Source of the DNA: Novosphingobium sp.
GTDB lineage: Bacteria > Pseudomonadota > Alphaproteobacteria > Sphingomonadales > Sphingomonadaceae
DNA: 64,000 bases
Reading direction: 5' to 3'
NCBI RefSeq assembly: GCF_020852455.1
Contig: NZ_JADZAT010000001.1
Location: 78,476 to 142,475 of the forward strand
Part shown: positions 46,735-56,976 of the stretch, piece after piece
Position numbering within the stretch: position 1 is the first letter of the stretch
Layout of the letters: every line of letters starts with the position of its first letter
Notes under the pieces: model-generated
Told to the model about the DNA's origin: nothing
The model's input: the letters and a program-made list of their open reading frames with translations, nothing else
Databases searched by the model: none
Translations under genes and position numbers: made by a program

Positions 46735-47931
46735 ATGAAATTCGGGATTGATCGCCTGCTGGCTGAGCCAGCCCTACGCAAACCACTGGAAGGCAAACGG
46801 GTCGCGTTGGTGGCGCATCCGGCCAGCGTGACCGAGAACCTCGTCCATTCGCTCGATGCGCTGATTGCAGCGGGGGTCAATGTCACCTCTGCCTTCGGGC
46901 CGCAGCACGGGCTGAAGGGCGACAAGCAGGACAACATGGTCGAGACCGAGGACGAACTCGATCCGGTCTACAACATCCCAGTGTTCAGCCTCTATGGCGA
47001 AGTGCGGCGGCCCAGCGGGCAGATGATGAGCACGGCTGACGTTTTCCTGTTTGACCTGCAGGACCTGGGGTGCCGGATCTATACCTTCGTCACCACCCTG
47101 CTTTACCTGCTGCAGGCGGCGCATGGCACCGGCAAGGAAGTCTGGGTGCTGGACCGTCCCAACCCGGCCGGGCGCCCGATCGAGGGGACTTTGCTGGTGC
47201 CGGGGCAGGAAAGCTTCGTTGGCGCCGGGCCGATGCCGATGCGCCACGGGCTGACCCTGGGCGAGATGGGACACTGGTTCATCGGCCAATTTGATCTCGA
47301 CGTTCCCTATCGGGTGATCAAAATGGAGGGCTGGCGGCCCGATGGACCCGGTTTTGGCTGGCCGGAAAGCCGGATCTGGATCAATCCCAGCCCCAACGCG
47401 GCGAGCGTCAATATGGGCCGTGCCTACGCCGGAACGGTTATGCTGGAAGGGGCCACGTTGAGCGAAGGACGCGGCACCACCCGTCCGCTTGAAGTGCTGT
47501 TTGGCGCGCCCGACGTGAATGCCAAGAAGGTGCTGGGCGAAATGAACCGGCTTGCCCCCGCTTGGCTTGAAGGCTGCGCGCTGCGCGAATGCTGGTTCAC
47601 GCCGACCTTCCACAAGCATGCCGGGCAGCTCTGCAATGGGCTGATGATCCATGCCGAGGGCAAGTTCTATGATCACCGGGCTTTCCGCCCCTGGCGCTTG
47701 CAGGCACTGGCCTTCAAGGCGATCCGGCGGCTTTATCCGGACTACGCGATCTGGCGCGATTTCCCTTACGAGTACGAGTTCGAACGCCTGGCGATCGATG
47801 TGATCAACGGCGGCCCGGCCTTGCGTGAATGGGTTGACGATCCCGCCGCGCTGCCGGGTGATCTTGATCGCCTGACTGCGGTCGATGAGGCTGCCTGGTC
47901 ACAGGATATCCAGTCGCTTTTGCTCTACTAG
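46735..47931 (+). CDS. DUF1343 family exo-beta-N-acetylmuramidase (NamZ-like)
   Basis: FGPQHG, FSLYG, FDLQDLGCRIYTF, LDRPNP, RHGLTLGE, LSEGRGTTRP. No signal peptide. Confidence 0.9.
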   Translation: MKFGIDRLLAEPALRKPLEGKRVALVAHPASVTENLVHSLDALIAAGVNVTSAFGPQHGLKGDKQDNMVETEDELDPVYNIPVFSLYGEVRRPSGQMMSTADVFLFDLQDLGCRIYTFVTTLLYLLQAAHGTGKEVWVLDRPNPAGRPIEGTLLVPGQESFVGAGPMPMRHGLTLGEMGHWFIGQFDLDVPYRVIKMEGWRPDGPGFGWPESRIWINPSPNAASVNMGRAYAGTVMLEGATLSEGRGTTRPLEVLFGAPDVNAKKVLGEMNRLAPAWLEGCALRECWFTPTFHKHAGQLCNGLMIHAEGKFYDHRAFRPWRLQALAFKAIRRLYPDYAIWRDFPYEYEFERLAIDVINGGPALREWVDDPAALPGDLDRLTAVDEAAWSQDIQSLLLY

Positions 47932-47941
47932 GGGACTACGG

Positions 47942-49186
47942 ATGGACCGGCGCAGTGCAATGTTGGCGATGGGCGGTACGGCGCTACTGGCCGGGCTGGG
48001 CATTCCCGCCATAGCCGCCGACGATGACGGGCTGGTTGACCTGACGAAAGCTGCCAAGCTAATCACCCGCGCAGAACGGATCGGCCGGATCGAGCGACTG
48101 CAGGTGCAATTGCGCAAGGCTGGAATCGGTGCAGTTATAATCGAAGCCGGGTCGAGCCTGGATTATTTCACCGGGATCCAGTGGTGGCGCAGCGAAAGGG
48201 TTACGGCGGTCGTCATTCCGCGCGATGGCGAGGCTTTGATCGTAACGCCCTATTTCGAAGCGCCATCGATCAACGAGATGCTGGCCGTGCCGGCCCAGAT
48301 CCGCACCTGGAACGAGCATGACAACCCGTTTGCGGTGATCGCGGACTGGCTGCGCGAGCGCAAGCTGGGAAGCGGAACTATCGGGCTGGAAGAAACCGTG
48401 CGCGAATTCATCCACGCCGGTGTGGAATCGGCCTTGCCAGCAGCGATTGTCGTCTCGGCTGCCGATCAGATCCGCGCTGTACGGATGCGCAAGACTGCAG
48501 CCGAGATTGCGCTGATGCAGGTCGCCAATACCATCACGCTCAATGCGCTGCGCTATGCGGCCAAGCGCACGCAGGTGGGGATGACCCCGGGCGATATCGT
48601 TGCGATGATTGTCGCCGCGACCCGCAAGCAGGGCGGTGATGCCGATGGCGGACTGGTCCTGCTGGGCGAGGCGGCCGCTTATCCGCACGGTTCGCGCCAG
48701 CGCCAGGTTGTGCGCGAAGGCGAAGTAGTGCTGATGGACTGCGGGTGTCAGGTGCACGGTTACAGCTCCGACATTTCACGCACGTTTGTGGTTGGGGAGC
48801 CCAGCGCCGAACTCCGCCGGGTGTGGGGCATCGTCCGTCAGGGGCAGCAGATCGCGCATGAAACCGCGCAGATCGGCGTGGCCTGCGGTGCGGTCGATGA
48901 CGCGGTGCGGACTTACTATGAGCGTGAGGGTTTTGGCCCCGGCTATAAGCTGCCCGGCCTGTCTCACCGCACCGGGCATGGGATCGGGATGGACGGGCAC
49001 GAACCGGTGAACCTGGTCCACCTGGAATCAACGCGGCTGGATGTCGGCATGTGCTTTTCGAACGAGCCCGGGCTCTATCTTCCTGGCAAGTTTGGCGTGC
49101 GGCTTGAGGACTGTTTCTATATGACGGCAGATGGACCAAGACTGTTTACCGAACTGGCCCCCGGCATCGACAAGGTGTTCGGTTAG
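47942..49186 (+). CDS. M24 Xaa-Pro peptidase family protein with N-terminal export signal
   Basis: MDCG, SDISRT, HRTGHGIG, HEP, SNEPG, GVRLED; N-terminus MDRRSAMLAMGG...AIA. Confidence 0.9.
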   Translation: MDRRSAMLAMGGTALLAGLGIPAIAADDDGLVDLTKAAKLITRAERIGRIERLQVQLRKAGIGAVIIEAGSSLDYFTGIQWWRSERVTAVVIPRDGEALIVTPYFEAPSINEMLAVPAQIRTWNEHDNPFAVIADWLRERKLGSGTIGLEETVREFIHAGVESALPAAIVVSAADQIRAVRMRKTAAEIALMQVANTITLNALRYAAKRTQVGMTPGDIVAMIVAATRKQGGDADGGLVLLGEAAAYPHGSRQRQVVREGEVVLMDCGCQVHGYSSDISRTFVVGEPSAELRRVWGIVRQGQQIAHETAQIGVACGAVDDAVRTYYEREGFGPGYKLPGLSHRTGHGIGMDGHEPVNLVHLESTRLDVGMCFSNEPGLYLPGKFGVRLEDCFYMTADGPRLFTELAPGIDKVFG

Positions 49187-50461
49187 ATGAACGATCAGCG
49201 CTCGCGGCTTGATCCGTCTGTCCGGCGGATGCTCCTTGTCCTGCTGGTGGTTTATATCTTCAATTTCCTCGACCGGCAGATCGTCAACATCCTGGCCGAA
49301 CCGATCGGGCGCGATCTGAAGCTCAGCGATACCCAGTTGGGCCTGATGACCGGGCTGGCTTTCGCGCTGTTCTATACTGTTCTGGGCCTGCCGATTGCGC
49401 GCTATGCCGATCGTCCGACGACCGATCGCGGGCGGCTGATCGCAGCGGCGCTGACGATCTGGTCCGGTATGACCGCGCTGTGCGGACTGGCGCAGAACTA
49501 TGTTCAGCTGTTGATGGCGCGGATCGGGGTTGGGGTCGGCGAAGCAGGCTGTACTCCAGCCGCGCATTCGCTGATCGCGGATCGCGTTCCGCCGGATCGG
49601 CGACCCGGTGCGATGGCATTCTATGCTCTGGGCATCCCGGTCGGATCGTTGCTGGGGATGATGATCGGGGGCTATCTGGCTGACACCCTGGGGTGGCGCA
49701 AGGCTTTCACGCTGGTTGGCTTGCCCGGTATCGTGATGGCAGTAATCGTGCTGTTGCTGGTCAAGGACAAGGGACGCGCCAAGGCTGGACCGGTTTCCAC
49801 CCAGGGCGGGGTGGGGATGTTTTCGGCATTGGGGCAATTGCTGCGTTCGCCCGCATACCTGTTGCTGCTGGCCGGGGCATCGGCCAGTTCGTTCCTGTCC
49901 TATGGCAAGGCAACCTGGACCACGATCTTCTTCCAGCGCAGCTATGGCATGTCGCCGGGCGAGGTGGGCTTCACCTTCGGATTGTGGGGCGGACTGGCCG
50001 GAGCCTTGGGCACCTGGCTGGGCGGCTGGCTGGCGGATCGCTATGGCCGGCACGACCGCCGCCATATCGTCACGGCTCCCGCTATAGGAATGGCACTCGC
50101 GGTACCGATCGCGATTGCGGCCTATCAATCGACCGACTGGCGGATCTCGCTGTTGCTGCTGATGATCCCTAGTGTGCTCAACTCGCTCTATTACGGGCCG
50201 GTCTATTCCTCGGCTCAGGGGTTGGTACCGCTGCACCAGCGCGCCACGTCCAGCGCTTTGCTGCTGTTCGGGCAGAACCTGATCGGTCTGGGATTGGGGC
50301 CGTTGTTCTTCGGGATGCTGTCGGACTGGCTAAAGCCCGAATACGGTGCGGATTCGGTGCGTTATGTGCTCTACGGCGCAGCCTTGCTGGGGCTGCTTCC
50401 GGCGGCGCTCTACTGGCAGCTTGGCAAACGGCTCAATGCAGAGCTTGACCGGCACGGTTGA
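49187..50461 (+). CDS. Spinster-family MFS transporter
   Basis: NFLDRQI, ARIGVGVGEAG, SLIAD, FYALGIPVG. Confidence 0.9.
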   Translation: MNDQRSRLDPSVRRMLLVLLVVYIFNFLDRQIVNILAEPIGRDLKLSDTQLGLMTGLAFALFYTVLGLPIARYADRPTTDRGRLIAAALTIWSGMTALCGLAQNYVQLLMARIGVGVGEAGCTPAAHSLIADRVPPDRRPGAMAFYALGIPVGSLLGMMIGGYLADTLGWRKAFTLVGLPGIVMAVIVLLLVKDKGRAKAGPVSTQGGVGMFSALGQLLRSPAYLLLLAGASASSFLSYGKATWTTIFFQRSYGMSPGEVGFTFGLWGGLAGALGTWLGGWLADRYGRHDRRHIVTAPAIGMALAVPIAIAAYQSTDWRISLLLLMIPSVLNSLYYGPVYSSAQGLVPLHQRATSSALLLFGQNLIGLGLGPLFFGMLSDWLKPEYGADSVRYVLYGAALLGLLPAALYWQLGKRLNAELDRHG

Positions 50462-50597
50462 TCCGTCCCGAGACGCAATTCAGGCGACATTTCGGAACCG
50501 GTACGCATTTCAATCTGGTCCCTGCCACTTCAAACCGCGATAATTGCGCGCCGTGCGCCAGGAAACGAATGGCCACATATCGGAGTGGTCTGCATCC

Positions 50598-51113
50598 ATG
50601 TATCGAATTGCCTTCCTGGTATCGCTCTTGGCCTTGATTGCAGCCTACAGCTTCAGGGCCGAAGCACAGCATAGTTGCCCGTCTGGGTACTATCCGGTTG
50701 GCGGCGGCAATTCAGGCTGGAGCGGCTGCGCATTGATGGGGACGGAGTCCGGTACAAGCCAACAGGACTTCACTCCCGTTCCTTCCGGGCCAGCCTGGGC
50801 AACCCGGTGGGGGGCAATTGCAGTCGACAATGTTGCCGGGATCTATGGCGGGGCCGAAGGAAGCGATTCCAAAGGGGGCGCCAAGAAGGCCGCGATCGCC
50901 GATTGCAAGAATTACGGCGGAAAGAAGTGCAAGATTTCAATCCTGTACTACAACCAATGTGGTGCACTGGCATCCGGCGACACATATTCGATCACGACTC
51001 GCGGCCCGCAACTGGAAGAAACGACGGCTCGTGCAGTGAAGCTGTGCAGCGAGCATACGAAGAACTGCAAACCCTACTATGGCGGTTGCAGCTATCCGCA
51101 GCGCGTTCGCTAG
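50598..51113 (+). CDS. DUF4189 domain secreted protein
   Basis: Signal peptide, CPSGYYP...GC, RWGAIA, YNQCGALA, multiple Cys, terminal YYGGCSYP. Confidence 0.85.
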   Translation: MYRIAFLVSLLALIAAYSFRAEAQHSCPSGYYPVGGGNSGWSGCALMGTESGTSQQDFTPVPSGPAWATRWGAIAVDNVAGIYGGAEGSDSKGGAKKAAIADCKNYGGKKCKISILYYNQCGALASGDTYSITTRGPQLEETTARAVKLCSEHTKNCKPYYGGCSYPQRVR

Positions 51114-51134
51114 CTGCGGATCCGGGCTTTTTGT

Positions 51135-51938
51135 TCAAACATGATTGGCGATCCAGGCCACCAGTTGCGCCGCGGGCAGGAACAGCACCTGCGCCAGGAT
51201 CGTGCCGGCCAGGCGGCTGAAACTGATCCAGACGATGGTGCGGCGGAACAAGGCCTCGCTGACCCGGCCTTCAACCGCGTCGTCGGTCATTACCGACAGT
51301 TGTGGATCGATCAGCGCGAACAGCAGGATCGTCGCAAAACCGTTGATCACTGCCGAAAGCTGGCTGGCGGTGACGCGGAATTCGGGATTGAGGTAGCCGG
51401 CATAGAGCGAGGCGACCACGCCGACGGTGATCAATGCCTGCGCCAGGCAATTGGCCAGCAGCACGCCCCAACTGACCCCCTTGTCCAGCCGGAGGTTCTT
51501 GAGCTGCGACAGCGAAGGCGGGTGCATGGCGTCGCGCACCGCCTTGAGCCCGGTCGGGGTGGCAGTTTTCATCACCATCTTCGCGGTTGAGCGATGCTGC
51601 TGGAAATAGCCGATGGCCTTTGCGAACAGCCGCTGCCCGGTCGGGACTAGAGCGATGCCCAGCGCCACTGCCAGGCTGGCCGAAAGCAAGATCAGTTGGA
51701 AGTCGGCATAGAGCTGCTCGCCGCCGCCATTGGCGATCCGCACTTCAATTCGCTTGGCCAGGAACGGCCCCAGAAAACTGTTCGAGGTGCGGCTGACCAG
51801 CACCAGGATGTTGAACAGGGCAAAGCTCATCGCGATGCGGCGGGTTCGCACCCCGGCAATCCGCGCCGAATAGGCCAGCGTGCCGATCAGGTTGATCGCT
51901 GCGGTCAGCAGGCAGATGATCAGCAGCTGGCTATCCAT
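51135..51938 (-). CDS. amj: Lipid II flippase Amj family (DUF2837)
   Basis: IGTLAYSARIAGVRT, SRTSN, RVTASQLSAVINGFATILL, IDPQLS, SRLAGTILAQ. Confidence 0.88.
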   Translation of the reverse strand: MDSQLLIICLLTAAINLIGTLAYSARIAGVRTRRIAMSFALFNILVLVSRTSNSFLGPFLAKRIEVRIANGGGEQLYADFQLILLSASLAVALGIALVPTGQRLFAKAIGYFQQHRSTAKMVMKTATPTGLKAVRDAMHPPSLSQLKNLRLDKGVSWGVLLANCLAQALITVGVVASLYAGYLNPEFRVTASQLSAVINGFATILLFALIDPQLSVMTDDAVEGRVSEALFRRTIVWISFSRLAGTILAQVLFLPAAQLVAWIANHV

Positions 51939-51977
51939 TGCCGCCGGACTATGCCGGTATGACCCATCGCGCCAGTG

Positions 51978-52781
51978 TCAGCCCAGGGTCTTCAACAGTG
52001 CCGTATCGCCGATCAGGTAGCTGGTCATGGACATTGCCCCGTCGATGGTATCGCTGAACACGCCAACGGCGTCACCGGGTAGCCGCGCGCCGACAGTGTA
52101 GAGCAGCGGCAGGTAGTGCTCGGCGCTGTTGATTGCGAGTGCGGCGGCGCGATCATCGGGCGCGAAGCTGGTGAGCGCCCGGTGATCGCCTTCGCGCACC
52201 GCGGCGTTGATCCGCAGCTGGAACTCCAGTGCCCAGTCGGGCTGCGTGCCCATGGTTCGGAAGTATTCGCGCAGGTTGTGGATCACATTGCCGCTTGAGA
52301 CCAGCAGCACACCTTCATCGCGCAGCGGGGCCAGCTTTGCCGCCACATCGAGATGCTGATCGGGTGACAGCGCCCGATCGAGGCTGAGCTGGATCATCGG
52401 CACATCGGCGGCGGGGAACATCGGCCGGACCACGCCCCACGATCCGTGGTCAAAGCCCCAGCTTTCATCGCGCACCACCGGATAGCCGTTGAGCAGCCCG
52501 GCCACCCGTTCAACCAACGCCGGAGCGCCGGGGGCAGGGTACTCGATCTGGAACAGCTCGTCCGGAAATCCGCCGAAGTCATGGATCGTGCGCGGATGCT
52601 CACCGGCGGTCAGGTGGATCGCCCCTGTGGTCTCCCAGTGGGCCGAGACGCACAGGATTGCGGCAGGGCGGGGCAAGGCCCGGCCCAGCGCCTGCCAGGC
52701 GCGGCGCTCGGCATTGTCGGTGATGACGTTCATCGGCGATCCGTGGCCGAGGAACAGGGCAGGGAGGCGTTGGCTGGTCAT
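51978..52781 (-). CDS. 4,5-DOPA dioxygenase/YgiD-type extradiol ring-cleavage dioxygenase
   Basis: FLGHGSPM, VSAHW, TIHDFGGFP, FDHGSW, SSGNVIHN, EHYLPL. Confidence 0.92.
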   Translation of the reverse strand: MTSQRLPALFLGHGSPMNVITDNAERRAWQALGRALPRPAAILCVSAHWETTGAIHLTAGEHPRTIHDFGGFPDELFQIEYPAPGAPALVERVAGLLNGYPVVRDESWGFDHGSWGVVRPMFPAADVPMIQLSLDRALSPDQHLDVAAKLAPLRDEGVLLVSSGNVIHNLREYFRTMGTQPDWALEFQLRINAAVREGDHRALTSFAPDDRAAALAINSAEHYLPLLYTVGARLPGDAVGVFSDTIDGAMSMTSYLIGDTALLKTLG

Positions 52782-52837
52782 GCCTGCAAAGTGGACCGAT
52801 CGGCCCGGCAATCAAGCCAAGCAAATCTTGGTCCCCC

Positions 52838-54019
52838 TCAATGCTTCTTGCGGGTCAGCTCGCGCATGGCGTTGTCGAGCCCTTCGAGCGTCAGCGGGTA
52901 CATGTTGCCGCCGACCAGTTCCTTGATGATCTTGGTCGATTGCGAATAGGACCACTGCTTTTCGGGCACCGGATTGATCCACACCGTGGCGGGATAGACA
53001 TGCGCCAGCCGCTGCATCCAGACCGTGCCGGATTCCTCGTTGAAATGCTCGACCGAACCGCCCGGATGGGTGATTTCATAGGGGCTCATCGCGGCATCGC
53101 CAACGAACACCACCTTGTAGTCGTGACCGTACTTGTGGAGGATGTCCCAGGTGTTGGTCCGCTCGCTCCAGCGGCGCTTGTTGTCCTTCCACACGCCTTC
53201 GTAGAGGCAGTTGTGGAAATAGAAGAACTCCAGGTTCTTGAACTCGGCCGTGGCGGCGCTGAACAGTTCCTCAACCAGCTTGATGAACGGGTCCATCGAT
53301 CCGCCGACGTCAAGGAACAGCAGTACCTTGACCGCATTCTTGCGCTCGGCGCGCATCCGGATGTCGAGCCAGCCCTGCCGCGCGGTGCCTTCGATCGTGC
53401 CTTCAAGGTCCAGCTCTTCCGCTGCGCCTTCGCGGGCGAAACGGCGCAGCCGGCGCAGCGCGATCTTGATGTTGCGGGTGCCCAGCTCGCGCGTGTTATC
53501 GAGGTTCTGGAACTCGCGCTTTTCCCACACCTTCAGCGCGCGCTTGTGCTTGCTCTCGCCGCCGATCCGCACGCCTTCGGGGTTATAGCCCGAATTGCCG
53601 TAGGGCGATGTGCCGCCGGTGCCGACCCACTTGTTGCCGCCTTCGTGGCGCTTCTGCTGTTCCTCGAGCCGCTGCTTGAGCGTCTCCATGATCTCTTCCC
53701 AGGAACCGAGTTTCTCGATCGCGGCCATTTCCTCGGGCGTGAGAAACTTTTCGGCAACGGCTTTCAGCCAGTCCTCGGGGATATCGACGGGGTTCTGGCC
53801 ATAGTTGGTCAGCAGACCCTTGAAGACCTTGTTGAACACCTGGTCGAACCGGTCGAGCAGGCCTTCGTCCTTCACAAAGGTTGCGCGGGAAAGATAGTAG
53901 AACGCCTCGGGCGTCTGCTCGATCACTTCCTTGTCGAGCGCTTCCAGCAGCACCAGATGCTCCTTGAAACTGGCCGGGATCCCGGCGGCGCGCAATTCAT
54001 CGACGAAGTTGAAGAACAT
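52838..54019 (-). CDS. VWA domain protein (CoxE-like)
   Basis: WVGTGGTSPYG, FLDVGGSM (MIDAS), FHNC, VGDAAMSPYE. Confidence 0.9.
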   Translation of the reverse strand: MFFNFVDELRAAGIPASFKEHLVLLEALDKEVIEQTPEAFYYLSRATFVKDEGLLDRFDQVFNKVFKGLLTNYGQNPVDIPEDWLKAVAEKFLTPEEMAAIEKLGSWEEIMETLKQRLEEQQKRHEGGNKWVGTGGTSPYGNSGYNPEGVRIGGESKHKRALKVWEKREFQNLDNTRELGTRNIKIALRRLRRFAREGAAEELDLEGTIEGTARQGWLDIRMRAERKNAVKVLLFLDVGGSMDPFIKLVEELFSAATAEFKNLEFFYFHNCLYEGVWKDNKRRWSERTNTWDILHKYGHDYKVVFVGDAAMSPYEITHPGGSVEHFNEESGTVWMQRLAHVYPATVWINPVPEKQWSYSQSTKIIKELVGGNMYPLTLEGLDNAMRELTRKKH

Positions 54020-54241
54020 GGGACTGATCCTCAGCCGCACACCTGGATACACACCCGATGCGGTGCGAAATGTCGCCGCTGGGTATGCACAGGTATCTGT
54101 AAAACAGAGCGAAAATGTGCTGCATGGCTGCGGTACATGTAAATTTCCGATCTGGCTCTCAGGACTTGGCGTTTGTCATTCGGTTCATTGAACTAGCAGA
54201 AGGCCAGTCAGTAGGAAAACCGAAGGGCGAAAGTGCCGTTA

Positions 54242-55087
<846 letters not shown>

Positions 55088-55332
55088 GAGAACTCCCTGT
55101 GCGTTTCTTAATCGTGCGGTTAAGATCGATAAGAGCGCACAGGCGGCTTTGCAAGCGCCTAAAATGATACGGGCGTCCAGCCTAGACCGAACGCCCGCAT
55201 CCCCCCTCCAAAGTCCCCATGCGGCAATTCTGCTGCTCGGAGCGACCCAAAGGACCTTGTTCGCTGGCCGTGCTAATCAAGGCTGCCGCGAAGGAATATA
55301 AACTTTTTGGGATTTCGTGCTAAGCCGCGCGA

Positions 55333-56007
55333 ATGGTAGCCCTGGCCGGTGAAGTCCTGCTCGATCTGATCAGCCCGCCCGCGCGGAGCTGGCTGGCGCA
55401 GATTGCCCAGCGGCGCAGCTATGGCCATGGTGAGCTGATCCACAATCGCGGCGATCTGGCGGCTGCAATGGGGATCGTCGTCAAGGGGCAGATCCGGCTT
55501 GTGCGGCTGCAAGCGGACGGTTCACACACCTTCGTCAGCATGATCCGGGCCGGCCAGCATTTTGGCGATGTGGTCATGCTGGGCCAGCGTCGCCGCTCGC
55601 ACGACGCGATTGCCGAAGGCGAGGTTGAGATAGACCTCTACGATGCCGATGCCTTTGAACTGGTTCAGAACAATCTTGAAATCGTCCGTGCGCTCTACCG
55701 GATTACCGCCCTGCGTTTGAGCGGATCAATGGCGATGAGCGATGACCTGCGCAGCCTGCCACGCGACGTTCACCTGGCCAAGATCCTGCTCGCCTTGTGG
55801 CAACGCGAAGGCGGGCAGACGACGTTCGATTGCACTCAGGAAGACCTGGCGAGCATGCTGGGCACGTCGGTCATGTCGCTGTCCAAGCATCTTAAAGTGC
55901 TGAAGCAGGCTGGGCTGGTCGAAACCGGTTACCGGCAATTGCGGATTGTCGATCCAGAAGTGCTGCGTGCCTGGTTGCGGGGGCAGAGCAAGCGGTCGAA
56001 GCTCTGA
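55333..56007 (+). CDS. Crp/Fnr family transcriptional regulator
   Basis: cNMP-binding fold (GQHFGD...RSHDAIA), C-terminal TQEDLASMLG HTH. Confidence 0.88.
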   Translation: MVALAGEVLLDLISPPARSWLAQIAQRRSYGHGELIHNRGDLAAAMGIVVKGQIRLVRLQADGSHTFVSMIRAGQHFGDVVMLGQRRRSHDAIAEGEVEIDLYDADAFELVQNNLEIVRALYRITALRLSGSMAMSDDLRSLPRDVHLAKILLALWQREGGQTTFDCTQEDLASMLGTSVMSLSKHLKVLKQAGLVETGYRQLRIVDPEVLRAWLRGQSKRSKL

Positions 56008-56011
56008 CAAA

Positions 56012-56053
56012 TCCCCCGCGCCGGCAGGAGGGGAGTGGGGCCGGCGCGGGGGA
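56012..56053. terminator. Perfect 14-bp GC hairpin between convergent genes
   Basis: TCCCCCGCGCCGGC (56012-56025) / GCCGGCGCGGGGGA (56040-56053) with a 14-nt loop; short TTTG tail on the minus strand. Confidence 0.6.
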
Positions 56054-56061
56054 GGGGAGCA

Positions 56062-56916
56062 TCAGTCCTGCCGGACCGGCTCCACGGGAGACTTGCGCCG
56101 GCGCAAGGCGCGCCAGGCCAGAACGGCCAAGGCGGCAATGCCTACCCAGGGCAAGGCAATGCCCAGCATCAGCATCACGAACGAAAGTGCGGACTGGGCG
56201 CTGGACCAGCTGGCGCTGGCGGCCTTGCCAAAGGTGCCGCTGCCGCCAATCAGGCCCTCGCTGGCATAGGCGAAGCTGACCGGGGTTGAGGCAATCGAGG
56301 CCTCCTTGGCGCGGCGATCCTGGGCGTTGCCACGCAGTTGTTCACGCAGGCCCGCGATCTGCTGTTGCAGCTCAACCCGTTCGCTCTTGGTCAGGCCGGG
56401 TCCAGCCAGGCGTGCTTCGATCCGCTTGATTTCGGCCTCGACGCCGGCGCTGTCCTGCTGCGACAGCTTGATCGCGTCGCCAGCGTTCTCGCCGTTGACC
56501 CGCGCGGAATCGAGCTTGCCTTCGGCCTTTTCGACCGCGGCGATCCCATCGGCGGCGAAGGCCTGGGCAATATCGGGGGCGAGCAGGAAATCGAGCCGGG
56601 CCTCAACCTCGCCTTCGCGGGGCTGTTCATAGGCCATGCCGGTCACCCGGCAGCGATCGGCGCCCAGCCGCGCGCAAGCGGCTGCATGTTCACGCTGGAT
56701 CCCGGTGATCGCCTTGGCGGGGAGGGTGAAACTGTAATCGAACTGGAAGGCGACGCCAGGGGCGATCGAGCGATCGATTCCCGGACCGGCGGCATCCTGT
56801 GCCGCGGCTTCTGCGGCGGGCGGAGCACCTGCAGATTCTTCGCTTTTCTTCTCACCACAAGCGGTGAGCAAAAGGGTTGAAGCAAGGGCAGTGAGGGCAA
56901 GGGAAGGAACACGCAT
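56062..56916 (-). CDS. DUF4349 domain lipoprotein
   Basis: Lipobox LLTAC, central coiled-coil, C-terminal TM (LGIALPW). Confidence 0.85.
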   Translation of the reverse strand: MRVPSLALTALASTLLLTACGEKKSEESAGAPPAAEAAAQDAAGPGIDRSIAPGVAFQFDYSFTLPAKAITGIQREHAAACARLGADRCRVTGMAYEQPREGEVEARLDFLLAPDIAQAFAADGIAAVEKAEGKLDSARVNGENAGDAIKLSQQDSAGVEAEIKRIEARLAGPGLTKSERVELQQQIAGLREQLRGNAQDRRAKEASIASTPVSFAYASEGLIGGSGTFGKAASASWSSAQSALSFVMLMLGIALPWVGIAALAVLAWRALRRRKSPVEPVRQD

Positions 56917-56934
56917 TACGAACTCTCCCAATTA

Positions 56935-56976
56935 TCTACTGAATCAGTAGAGTCATATGCCTATCAAATGAGTAGA
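56935..56976. promoter_or_regulatory. Tandem operator-like palindromes upstream of the DUF4349 gene
   Basis: Perfect TCTACTGA-A-TCAGTAGA (56935-56951) and a 12/17 copy CCTATCAAATGAGTAGA (56960-56976). Confidence 0.6.

Noticed and set aside
54020-54241. AT-richer 220-bp gap between MoxR and VWA genes as an sRNA, riboswitch or small ORF
   Set aside because: Short ORFs lack an RBS, and I could not match a riboswitch core or a terminator.
55108-55123. TTAA-N8-TTAA upstream of the MoxR gene as a CtrA site
   Set aside because: The spacer is 8 nt, not the 7 nt of a canonical CtrA site.
55160-55215. Hairpin GGGCGT...ACGCCC and a 13-codon minus-strand ORF (MRAFGLGWTPVSF)
   Set aside because: The stem is short, SD spacing is poor, and there is no supporting promoter or terminator.
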